From an uncultured Gammaproteobacteria bacterium (lineage in GTDB: Bacteria > Patescibacteriota > Microgenomatia > CAYQLK01), in the NCBI GenBank assembly GCA_964404855.1, contig CAYOLO010000001.1:30245-94244 (forward strand): a stretch of 64,000 nt of DNA. Direction: 5' to 3'. A program made the translations under genes and the position numbers. Positions 30,399-39,237 of the stretch are shown piece after piece. The notes beneath the pieces were generated by a model. That model ran no database searches. It saw only the letters and a program-made list of their open reading frames with translations, and was not told where the DNA came from. Positions within the stretch are counted from its first letter, which is position 1. Each line of letters opens with the position of its first letter.

Positions 30399-30680
30399 TG
30401 CGTGGACACACTACATTGTCTTACTGCTCCAAGAACAGCCAATGTGGCAAGTTAGACACCGCCACCACGAAGTACCATTTTTGGACGGACTGACTTGGTT
30501 GAGTGCACCATGTATTTCACACGATGGATATGTTCCGGCAGGAAAAACTTCCAAACCAAAACGATTAACTGACAATACCTTTCCTTGTGGTTCAGGTAGT
30601 GCAGTGAGACTGTTAGAAAGATGCCAAGAACCGCGGATCAACTCAATTACCAGCCTTACTTTCGGGTGTGTGGGAGAAAG
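30363..30680 (-). ncRNA. candidate structured non-coding RNA (unknown class) ending in an intrinsic terminator
   Basis: About 300 nt at about 46% GC between two minus-strand terminators (30700-30733 and 30363-30398). The only ORFs are Cys/Trp/His-rich frames that look random. Possible -10 TATACT near 30672. Confidence 0.25.
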
Positions 30681-30699
30681 TATACACAATACAATAAAA

Positions 30700-30733
30700 A
30701 ATATGAAAAAGGACCGCCTTTTTAGGGGCGGTC
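30700..30733 (-). terminator. intrinsic terminator
   Basis: GGACCGCC / GGCGGTCC hairpin and a T-run on the minus strand, directly after the stop of the GC-rich ORF. Confidence 0.65.
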
Positions 30734-30759
30734 CGTGGGGGGGGGTGGGAGGCCAGGCC

Positions 30760-31026
30760 TCAGTCGTTGTAGCCGAACATGTCCTGCATCATGGTGAAGT
30801 GCGCAGCGTCGCTCTCGCAGGGGCGGTAGCAGCCGGCAACATCACAGAGGGTCTGACGCTGGACGATGTTCTGCCGGGGCGGGGGCGGCTGCGGCGTCAT
30901 ACGAGCAGCACGCATGGCGAGCTGGTCGCCGATCCGGCGCTGATTGACGAGCCGCGAGGCTCCTTCGAGTGGACCACCTTCGTTTGCTAGTGTCATGACC
31001 ATGACTTGTCCTCCCGTTTGCCAAAC
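30760..31026 (-). CDS. small (about 88 aa) GC-rich ORF of foreign composition; Pro-rich middle, C-terminal Cys-containing segment (LCDVAGCYRPCESDAAHF); function unknown
   Basis: GGGAGGA RBS before ATGGTCATG. GC is about 65% with very high GC3. Own terminator. The track ORF 30760-31080 includes upstream sequence. Confidence 0.4.
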   Translation of the reverse strand, partial: VWQTGGQVMVMTLANEGGPLEGASRLVNQRRIGDQLAMRAARMTPQPPPPRQNIVQRQTLCDVAGCYRPCESDAAHFTMMQDMFGYND

Positions 31027-31262
31027 TTGAGCTGGCGTGGATACCTGTGACCGTAGTCGCAGGTAATCAATCCAGCTCAAACTTGAATATTAAATATGTT
31101 AATTTAACCACTTAATTATACCCTATAGTATATAATTTGTCAAGTGTTACTACACTAAGACATAACTTATAGTTTGATAATAACTCAGAAATATAGAATC
31201 ATTAAAGTATAAATTATCCTATTTGTGAACGGAAGTAATTAAATTTGTTATTATTAATTTAA

Positions 31263-34058
31263 ATGAAGACACTGCCAATTGACGCATCTGGGTTGGGACG
31301 AAAAATCGTACTTAATTTCATTCTCGGCGTAATTTTTATATTAATAATAAATGGGGTTTTTGTTGGTTATAAATTGTTGAACAGACAAGGTACACCCGAA
31401 AAAATAAATATTTCGACTTCTCAGGAAAATGCTGACAAGCTAAAAACTCAGCTAGTTTATAACTCTGAAGAAGAAGGTTATGGAAATTTTTATTCAAATG
31501 CTTTGGATGCTGTAATTACCTACCCAAAAGAAAAATTTGGATTTACTGACTCCGGAAGAAGTGTGCTAATTGAACCAAAGAGCAAAAAAAGATTCGATTC
31601 GGTTGTGTTTAATAGTTTATTTCTTTACAAGTTTGATCAGGAAACAGTAGGTGAAAATATTGACGAATTCCTTATAAATGAACTTAAGTCGGATACAACC
31701 ATAATCAGTTCGGAACTAATTGATGCTAAAAACGAAAGAGAAATACGAAAAATAAAATTCAAAACCAAAGAAAAAAGCATTTTTTCAAAAAACGACCAAG
31801 ATAAAATACAGATGTTTTTTGTGCACAAGATAGACAATGCTTACTTCCTTGCAAAAATTTCTTATCTTGGTGGTTTTGCTAACCAGCAATTAGAAAACGA
31901 TCTTGAAAAACTTTTGACCGAAGGTATTAAGTTAGGTTCGGAAGGAATAGAGAAAAATATTCAGGTGGTTATAGAGCCTTATATTTTAACGGATTCTGGA
32001 TTAAGTTTTAATTTTGACAGAACCAAATGGAGCGGAAGTTCTGATGCGGAACATGTAGTCAATTTGGAGTACAAACGTGAAGATCAATCAAAAGAAAAAT
32101 TAACCAGTTTAACTATTGGATTTGAAGTAGATAGTGATGCTAGTTTTGAAAAATCACTATCAGCTGCCAAAGAAAAGGAAGCGCTTAAAAAAAACGGTGT
32201 ATATAAAGACTCGTATAGACTGTTAACTGACGCTGAACCAGTTGAGATGCTGGGCACCACCTTTTATAAATCGACTTCTACTTATACTTCTGACTGTTGT
32301 AGTGATCTTGGTATACCTGCTTATAAGGCATTTAGTGTTACTTATTTCGGTTATGTAAAAGAGTTAAATTCCTATCTTGCTATTCATATCGATACCGACG
32401 ACTTAAACTCTCAAGGCTCAAAGGAAGCAGAAATTATTTCTGCAACACTCAACATACAAATACTTACAAAATCAATTTCAGCTAATTATACAAACCTACA
32501 AAGACGTGTTTTAGGGACTAGAACGGATGATAGTAATACTGTGGAGATTGATAAGCCGTCAGTCCTTGGACAGAACTCAATCGTACATATTTTTAATAAT
32601 TCCTGCGTGGACGCGACAATTGTGTCAATGCCTGAGACGAGCCAATACAACGGTAAGCAATATAGAATTTGTTCAGCAGGTGAAGGAACAGGGTTTTTTA
32701 TAAACGAAAATGGAAATCTGATTACTAATTCCCATGTTGCCAACCCTAGCCCTGAGGACATTGTATATGCTGATATTAATAACGCTGATTCTAAATTTTG
32801 GATAGATTATGCAACAGGATTTCTTAGTAACTTTACTACCGAGGAAGAATTATATGCAACATTTGAAACTACACAAGATTTATTGATTGCCATACTAGAA
32901 AGATTTATCGCCGACATTGATAATAATAATATTAAACTTGAAAAAGATTATGAGAACTATCTAGAAGGAAAAAATGCTTTTGAGTTTGATTACGCTCTTC
33001 GTGATTTAAAGGACAAGGATAAGCACATTAAAGCAAGTCTGGTTGACGGCACAATCGACTCTGGAATTAGAAGCTCTTATGATGCGATTCAACAATGGAA
33101 AAACGGAACTCCTGAGGAAGACATTGTGGCGGGTATAAATACCCCTGATGTTGCGGTGTTAAAAGTAGAAAAAAATTCAGAAATTGCCAATTTTCCAGGA
33201 CTTATTTTAGAAAACCCAAACCTTGTTACTGTTGGGCAAAATATACAAGCAATCGGATTCCCTGGTGTTGCTGATAATCGTTCATTGTTTTCAAAAGAAG
33301 CCTCAACAATTCCAACTATTACGAAGGGAACAATTTCTGCGATAAAACCAAATGTAAATAGCACTTTTAATCTAATCCAGATAGATGCCTCAATTAATCA
33401 CGGAAACAGTGGCGGACCTGTACTTAATAGTAAAGGCAGAGTTATTGGAATCTCGACATATGGAGTAAGTCCTGAAGAATCAGGTGGAAATTTTAATGCT
33501 GCGGTTTCTGTTGAGTCTATTCAAAAAATCTTAATGAAAAATAATATAGACAACCAAATCGGCCAGGCAAGTATCTACTTAGAAGACGGATTGGATAATA
33601 TACTGAGAACCTACTATTCTTTGGCGGTAACTGATTTAACAAAATCTAAAGAACTTTATAACTCAAAATACGATTTGATTACTCCGCTTATTAGCATTTC
33701 GGAAGAAAAAATCAGTCTTGGAGAGGATAATAGTCCATTGATTGTCATAGGGAGTCTGGAGCTTAAGAAAAACGATGTAATTATCATTATCGGTATAACC
33801 AGTATCGTAGTACTAATTATTCTAATAGTACTTATTATTTTGATAATTCGTTCACATAAAAAAATGCACGGCACTATGGCGAGAATTGAACAAAATCAAA
33901 TACCTAACTACCCTGCTCAACCTCAGGTTAACCAATCCCCATATCAGCCTGTAAACACAGCTCAAAATGTTTACCAACAGGTTCCGCCAACAAACATTAG
34001 CCAAAGTCCGCTACCAGCTGAAACACCTATTCAAAATCCCTTGAATCCTCAACAATAA
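31263..34058 (+). CDS. large membrane protein with an S1/trypsin-like (HtrA-type) serine protease domain, C-terminal TM helix and Pro/Gln-rich tail
   Basis: N-terminal TM helix. Triad-like GTGFFINENGNLITNSHV (His), TPDVAVLKVE (Asp) and NHGNSGGPVLN (Ser). TM VIIIIGITSIVVLIILIV. PQ-rich C-terminus. Confidence 0.6.
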   Translation: MKTLPIDASGLGRKIVLNFILGVIFILIINGVFVGYKLLNRQGTPEKINISTSQENADKLKTQLVYNSEEEGYGNFYSNALDAVITYPKEKFGFTDSGRSVLIEPKSKKRFDSVVFNSLFLYKFDQETVGENIDEFLINELKSDTTIISSELIDAKNEREIRKIKFKTKEKSIFSKNDQDKIQMFFVHKIDNAYFLAKISYLGGFANQQLENDLEKLLTEGIKLGSEGIEKNIQVVIEPYILTDSGLSFNFDRTKWSGSSDAEHVVNLEYKREDQSKEKLTSLTIGFEVDSDASFEKSLSAAKEKEALKKNGVYKDSYRLLTDAEPVEMLGTTFYKSTSTYTSDCCSDLGIPAYKAFSVTYFGYVKELNSYLAIHIDTDDLNSQGSKEAEIISATLNIQILTKSISANYTNLQRRVLGTRTDDSNTVEIDKPSVLGQNSIVHIFNNSCVDATIVSMPETSQYNGKQYRICSAGEGTGFFINENGNLITNSHVANPSPEDIVYADINNADSKFWIDYATGFLSNFTTEEELYATFETTQDLLIAILERFIADIDNNNIKLEKDYENYLEGKNAFEFDYALRDLKDKDKHIKASLVDGTIDSGIRSSYDAIQQWKNGTPEEDIVAGINTPDVAVLKVEKNSEIANFPGLILENPNLVTVGQNIQAIGFPGVADNRSLFSKEASTIPTITKGTISAIKPNVNSTFNLIQIDASINHGNSGGPVLNSKGRVIGISTYGVSPEESGGNFNAAVSVESIQKILMKNNIDNQIGQASIYLEDGLDNILRTYYSLAVTDLTKSKELYNSKYDLITPLISISEEKISLGEDNSPLIVIGSLELKKNDVIIIIGITSIVVLIILIVLIILIIRSHKKMHGTMARIEQNQIPNYPAQPQVNQSPYQPVNTAQNVYQQVPPTNISQSPLPAETPIQNPLNPQQ

Positions 34059-34082
34059 TTAAGAATAATCAAATAATATTTG

Positions 34083-34790
34083 TTATTTTGGTTGAATTGT
34101 AAATCCGGTATATTTCTTCGATGAGGGATCTTGGTAAAAATTCGTAGTAAATTGGTTTTCAGAAACGGCTTGAAGGTTAAAAACTTTTACAAGCTTGTCT
34201 TTGTCAGAAGTGTCATACCCATCGATGATGTACAAACTAATTTTTAAGAATGCGCCGTTAGCATCAAAATAAAAGTCGACAAAATAACCACTTCCACGAT
34301 AAGTTGAGCGAGTTTCTAATGTTGTTCCATCTTTAACAGTATCCTCGGTCTGCCCAAGTGACTTGGTAACCTCGGTCAAATTTTGTCCAGCAAGCGACCC
34401 CAGGTCTATAAGTAAATCTGAACCGAAGTCGTTAACTGTTGGACTTGTATCGATTGAAGTCGCGGTTTCGTTAGTGGGAGATGGTTTATTTGGTAATACC
34501 TCTTGTGTGTCATCAGATTTTTGTATTACGGATTCGTTTTTATTTTTTGGGTCAGAAGTTGGGGAGGAAGTATCTTTATTTAGGATAAGAAAAAGACCGA
34601 TTCCGATTACAGCAAGAAATACTATCGACACAAAAATTAAAAGTATTATTAGAACTGAGGGTGTTTTCTTGGAAACTGGAGGCTGATAAATAGGCTGACT
34701 TGGCATCGCTTGCGGACTTGGAGGAATCGGCTGAACAGTCGACTGGTTGAGAGATGATTGGTTTGGAATAACTTCAGGGTAGTCAGGCAT
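34083..34790 (-). CDS. Pro/Gln-rich N-terminus, single-TM protein (tandem paralog set, 1 of 3)
   Basis: N-terminal PQ-rich segment followed by KKTPS and a TM helix. Downstream domain shares LGxxxD blocks with its neighbours. Confidence 0.45.
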   Translation of the reverse strand: MPDYPEVIPNQSSLNQSTVQPIPPSPQAMPSQPIYQPPVSKKTPSVLIILLIFVSIVFLAVIGIGLFLILNKDTSSPTSDPKNKNESVIQKSDDTQEVLPNKPSPTNETATSIDTSPTVNDFGSDLLIDLGSLAGQNLTEVTKSLGQTEDTVKDGTTLETRSTYRGSGYFVDFYFDANGAFLKISLYIIDGYDTSDKDKLVKVFNLQAVSENQFTTNFYQDPSSKKYTGFTIQPK

Positions 34791-35506
34791 TATTTATTTA
34801 TTGAAATTGATATATATGAATCCTCGTTATTATTGTATATAAATTTATACTCATATGGTGGCACGACATTATTAAGATTAAAAAGCGATTTCATCTCAGC
34901 TTCTGTTTCTCTTTCGTAGAATTCTATAAATTCAATTCGTATTCCATTATTAATATTCGTAACATTGTCGATGTTAACTAATAAATAGTAAGGAAGACCA
35001 GAATGTTCCTTTGGATACATGACTAATGTCGTCATGTCGAAATCCGTATTTTCTATATCGTGTGGCTCACCTAATAAAGAAATTATTTCTTCTTTCGTTT
35101 TTCCTAGAATTGTATTGGGGTCAAAAATTACCGATGACTGAGAGTTGTCAGCGGTATCAGTTGAGATTTCCGCTGCTTGAATTTCCTGAGGTTTCGGTGT
35201 AGGGGTGGCGGTAGGCTTTGGTGCGTATGTTACCTGAGGAACTGAGGTTGGAGAAATTTTCACGTTTGCCACAATCTCCGTATCTTTACTGTTTTGCCCG
35301 TATTGGGTTGATGCTGGTTTTTTCATTAGTAAGAACATGCCAATAATAATTCCACTTATCAAGGTAAGTCCAAAAATTATGATTATGATAATTAATATTT
35401 TATGATTTGAATTGTTGGGCTGAAATTGTGGCGGTTGCGATATTGTGGCAGATGTCTGATTAGTACTGGGAGGATTAGATAGAGAGCTAGAACCAGAGTA
35501 TTCCAT
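34790..35506 (-). CDS. Pro/Gln-rich N-terminus, single-TM protein (2 of 3)
   Basis: The block ILGKTKEEIISLLGEPHD resembles LINKTKQEVYSILGEPNN in the 35506-36255 protein. Confidence 0.45.
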   Translation of the reverse strand: MEYSGSSSLSNPPSTNQTSATISQPPQFQPNNSNHKILIIIIIIFGLTLISGIIIGMFLLMKKPASTQYGQNSKDTEIVANVKISPTSVPQVTYAPKPTATPTPKPQEIQAAEISTDTADNSQSSVIFDPNTILGKTKEEIISLLGEPHDIENTDFDMTTLVMYPKEHSGLPYYLLVNIDNVTNINNGIRIEFIEFYERETEAEMKSLFNLNNVVPPYEYKFIYNNNEDSYISISINK

Positions 35507-36255
35507 TATTCATATTCCTCTAAAGAAAAGTCGGTTGAGCCTGTTGGATAAATACTCACAGCAGAAATAAAATTATATTTTTCGATAATATTGTCCTTGA
35601 TAAAATATTCTGTCGCAGATGTTGAAAGGTTTAAGGCTTTGTATATATCGTCTTGTTTAAAAACTATTCCATAAGGGTCTTGGGGGACTGATACGCTGAT
35701 ATATCTAAATTCTTGACTATCTAAATCATAATAAACAGAAATAGACCAATCATTATCGTAGTTGTACCAACTAATTCCATTATTAGGTTCACCGAGAATT
35801 GAATAAACTTCTTGTTTAGTCTTGTTTATAAGACTCGGCACATCATAAAGAATTCCTAAGTCTGGTGCTTGCGAAGCTTGATTTTCAACACCTGACTCTT
35901 GTGATTTTTCGGAAGAAGATTTGTCATCTAGTGATGAATCCGATTTAGAAATAAGATTGGATTTCTCATTTGTGTCTTGAACTGTTTTCGATCTGGTAAT
36001 AAAAAAAACTGCACCGCAAATTGCAATTATCAGAACAAGACCAATAACCAAAGCAATAATGATTAGTTTTTTGGAAGATTTTGGACTTTGAGAGATTGGA
36101 TTTGTACTTACTGGCTGAGTGACAACTTCTGGTTGTGGCGGAAAAGTAGTTGGTGTTGGTTGACTGGGAAATTGTTGGGAGGGTTGAGCAATCGGCTGAA
36201 CAGGTGGCAGTTGACTGCCAAGAGGCGGTTGAGGGTCTGTAGGCAGATTATCCAT
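35506..36255 (-). CDS. Pro/Gln-rich N-terminus, single-TM protein (3 of 3)
   Basis: As above. ATGA-type abutment with the neighbouring gene. Confidence 0.45.
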   Translation of the reverse strand: MDNLPTDPQPPLGSQLPPVQPIAQPSQQFPSQPTPTTFPPQPEVVTQPVSTNPISQSPKSSKKLIIIALVIGLVLIIAICGAVFFITRSKTVQDTNEKSNLISKSDSSLDDKSSSEKSQESGVENQASQAPDLGILYDVPSLINKTKQEVYSILGEPNNGISWYNYDNDWSISVYYDLDSQEFRYISVSVPQDPYGIVFKQDDIYKALNLSTSATEYFIKDNIIEKYNFISAVSIYPTGSTDFSLEEYE

Positions 36256-36288
36256 ACTACTAATGATAGTAGCATGGATTAGTTAAGA

Positions 36289-38541
36289 TTATCTACGAGG
36301 TCCGCGGCTGCGGTCGAAACCGCCCCCACCACGTCCACCGCGGTCAAATCCACCGGAGCGACGACGGTCGAAACCGCCACCTCTGCCTCCGCCGAATCCA
36401 CCACGATCTCCGCCGCCTCTTGGTCCGCGCTCTTCGTCCTCAGACTTAGCGTCGTCACCAAATCTCATTGAAAGATTAAGTCTGCCCATATTGTCTACTT
36501 CGACAACACGAACTTTGACTTTTTGTCCGACTTCGAGATAGTCTTCGACTTTTTCGACTCTGGTTGGAGCGATTTCACTAATATGAACCATTCCTTCTTT
36601 GCCTGGTAGTACTTCTACAAAGGCTCCAAAATCCATAATTCTTTTGACTTCTCCTTCGAATTCTTCACCCGGAGTTAATTCGCGAGTTAGACCATCAACG
36701 ATACCAATGGCTTTTCTAATAGACTCGATATCAACACCTGAGACTGAAACGTTTCCGTCGTCGTCGATGTTAATTTCAGTGCCTGTTTCAGCCACGATTT
36801 TGTTAATAGTTTTGCCACCCTGACCAATAACGGCTCCGATTTTTTCTGGGTCAATTTTTATAGACTCGATCTTTGGAGCGTATTGGTTAAGCTCTTTGCG
36901 CGGTTCAGCGATAGTTTCAGCCATTTTTTCGAGAATGAAAATTCTAGCTTTGTATGCTTCGCGAACAGCCTCCTCAAGAATTGGAAGAGGGATTTCGGTT
37001 AGTTTGATATCCATTTGGATTGCTGTAATACCTTCTTTGGTACCGGCAACTTTGAAATCCATATCACCGTTAGCATCTTCCGTGTAAGCAATATCAGTAA
37101 GCACAACGTGCTTTTTGTCATTGGTCATAAGACCCATGGCAATACCGGCTACAGGAGCAGCAAGTGGTACACCTGCGTCCATAAGACAAAGTGTTGAACC
37201 ACAGACAGAAGCCTGTGAAGTTGAACCACTTGATCCTAAGATTTCGGAAACAACTCTAATTGCATATGGGAAATCAGATTCTGATGGCAAAACTGGTTCG
37301 AGTGCTCTTTCGGCTAGCATTCCGTGTCCGATTTCTCGACGACCTGGGGATCCAAGACGACCTGACTCTCCATTACTAAATGGAGGGAAGTTGTAGTGGT
37401 GCATGTAGCGCTTGGTTGACTCACCATACATTCCATCAACGGTCTGATAAAGACTTGGTGAACCAAGAGTTGCAACCGATAGGGCTTGAGTTTTACCTCT
37501 TTGAAATAGTGCTGAACCGTGAGTTCTTGGAAGAAGTCCGACTTCAGAAGTTAGTGTTCTAACTTCGTCTAGTTTGCGTCCATCAAGACGTAGACCTTTT
37601 TCCAGCACCTGTTCGCGAACGAAGTACTTAAATTCTTTTTCAAGTACGGCATAAATTTCTTTTTTGGAAACTTCACCTGCTTCGAGCTCTTTAGTGAACT
37701 GACTGGTTATCACATTCATTTGAGTGTGAAACCAAGTTTCGTCCATCGCTGTTTCAACATCGTTAAGAGTTGGAATAACATCTTTTTTGATGAATTCCTT
37801 AACAGCCTTGGTCTTAACTTCGTCAATTACCAAAGGCTCGTACTCGTGTTTGGTGTTACCAACTTCTTTAGCAAAATCTTTGATGAGTGCAATAATTGGC
37901 TGACAAGCTTCGAAGCCTGCGTTCATCGCCTTGATCATTGTGTCTTCGTCAACGATTTTTGCACCAGCCTCAATCATTCCGATTGATTTGTCGTTAGCTG
38001 TGATTACCAAATCAAGCTTGCTTTCTTTAAGCTGAGTGTTTGTTGGGTTAATAACGATTTCGTCATTAATTAGACCAACTCTTACTGTTGCGATTGGCCC
38101 CTGCCAAGGTACATCTGAGATTGTCAAAGCACAAGAAGCTGCAATTGAACCTAAGATATCTGGGCCGTTTTCATTATCAATCGACAAAACTGTCGAGATA
38201 ACTTGAATATCAGCGAAATAGTCTTTTGGAAAGAGTGGTCTGATACCACGGTCAATTAACCTTCCAGCCAGAACTGACTCGTCGGTTGGTCTGCCTTCTC
38301 TTTTGATAAATCTTGAGCTAGAAATACGTCCACCAGCGTAGAGTTTTTCTTCAAAACTTACATTCAGTGGAAAATAATCTAGATCTGGAGCGGTTTTGTT
38401 GCGAGCTACAGTTGCCAAAATGGCGGTGTCTCCGTAGGTTGCATAAACTGCACCACTAGTAAGTTGAGCCATACGACCCGTTTCGAAGGTCAATGTACGA
38501 CCCTGGAAATCAATTGATTTCCTGATTATTTTTTTATTCAT
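36289..38541 (-). CDS. pnp: polynucleotide phosphorylase with C-terminal RGG/RGGGFDR low-complexity tail
   Basis: N-terminal FETGRMAQLTSGAVYATYGDTAILATV. Two RNase PH domains, KH and S1. 750 aa. Confidence 0.9.
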   Translation of the reverse strand: MNKKIIRKSIDFQGRTLTFETGRMAQLTSGAVYATYGDTAILATVARNKTAPDLDYFPLNVSFEEKLYAGGRISSSRFIKREGRPTDESVLAGRLIDRGIRPLFPKDYFADIQVISTVLSIDNENGPDILGSIAASCALTISDVPWQGPIATVRVGLINDEIVINPTNTQLKESKLDLVITANDKSIGMIEAGAKIVDEDTMIKAMNAGFEACQPIIALIKDFAKEVGNTKHEYEPLVIDEVKTKAVKEFIKKDVIPTLNDVETAMDETWFHTQMNVITSQFTKELEAGEVSKKEIYAVLEKEFKYFVREQVLEKGLRLDGRKLDEVRTLTSEVGLLPRTHGSALFQRGKTQALSVATLGSPSLYQTVDGMYGESTKRYMHHYNFPPFSNGESGRLGSPGRREIGHGMLAERALEPVLPSESDFPYAIRVVSEILGSSGSTSQASVCGSTLCLMDAGVPLAAPVAGIAMGLMTNDKKHVVLTDIAYTEDANGDMDFKVAGTKEGITAIQMDIKLTEIPLPILEEAVREAYKARIFILEKMAETIAEPRKELNQYAPKIESIKIDPEKIGAVIGQGGKTINKIVAETGTEINIDDDGNVSVSGVDIESIRKAIGIVDGLTRELTPGEEFEGEVKRIMDFGAFVEVLPGKEGMVHISEIAPTRVEKVEDYLEVGQKVKVRVVEVDNMGRLNLSMRFGDDAKSEDEERGPRGGGDRGGFGGGRGGGFDRRRSGGFDRGGRGGGGFDRSRGPRR

Positions 38542-38765
38542 TTTTCGGTGTAATTTATGAGACTTAGCCCAATAAAAAATTCGCGTCTTTATGTGTCCAA
38601 AATTATATATTTGGAATTATGTGTAGGGTAAGTTAGGAAACAGAAAAAAAGTGTTTAAAAATAATACTTAAACAGTTTTGTTCAATTTCTTAACTTACTG
38701 CGCTATTTTTTAAAGTCTAGGACGATAAATTACTCCTCCTTTCTTTAATTTTTACTTATAAATTT

Positions 38766-39026
38766 TTAAAGCTCGAGCTTTTTGACGATTTCGCCATATC
38801 GCGTTTCGTCTTTTTTCTTAAGGTAGGTAAGAAGACGACGTCTCTTGTTTACCATTGTGAGTAATCCTCTGCGGGAGTGATTATCATGGTCGTGTTCTTT
38901 GAGGTGGTCAGTTACGCTTTTAATTCTTTCTGTAAGAATTGCGACTTGAACCTCAGGTGAACCAGTATCACCTTCGTGAGTTTTATAAAGGTCAATAATT
39001 TTTGACTTTTTGGTTGTATCTATCAT
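38766..39026 (-). CDS. rpsO: 30S ribosomal protein S15
   Basis: 86 aa. [20 protein letters not shown]...HSRRGLL signature. Confidence 0.9.
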   Translation of the reverse strand: MIDTTKKSKIIDLYKTHEGDTGSPEVQVAILTERIKSVTDHLKEHDHDNHSRRGLLTMVNKRRRLLTYLKKKDETRYGEIVKKLEL

Positions 39027-39237
39027 AGTCCTATAAATTAAGTATTTTAAAATTATATGTTAAATATAAAACTTGTCAGATTAGAATAATCGGACAAATT
39101 AGCCTCGAAAAACTTTCGCGTTTCAAAGTGGCTTATAATTTTAACATATAAACCTTCGGGGCGCTATACCTCTTATTTAAAGTATAGCAATAGCGATTGT
39201 TATTTAGCAAAACAACAATTTATTGGAAGCAAATATC

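Noticed and set aside
30442-30990. 182-aa plus-strand ORF spanning the candidate ncRNA and GC-rich cassette
   Set aside because: It crosses a sharp compositional boundary. It has a Gly/Trp/His/Cys-rich random-looking translation. It is antisense to a better-supported ORF with RBS and terminator.
36279-36461. 60-aa ORF overlapping the pnp 3' end on the same strand
   Set aside because: Alternate frame of the RGG-repeat region. The pnp frame is continuous and homologous throughout.
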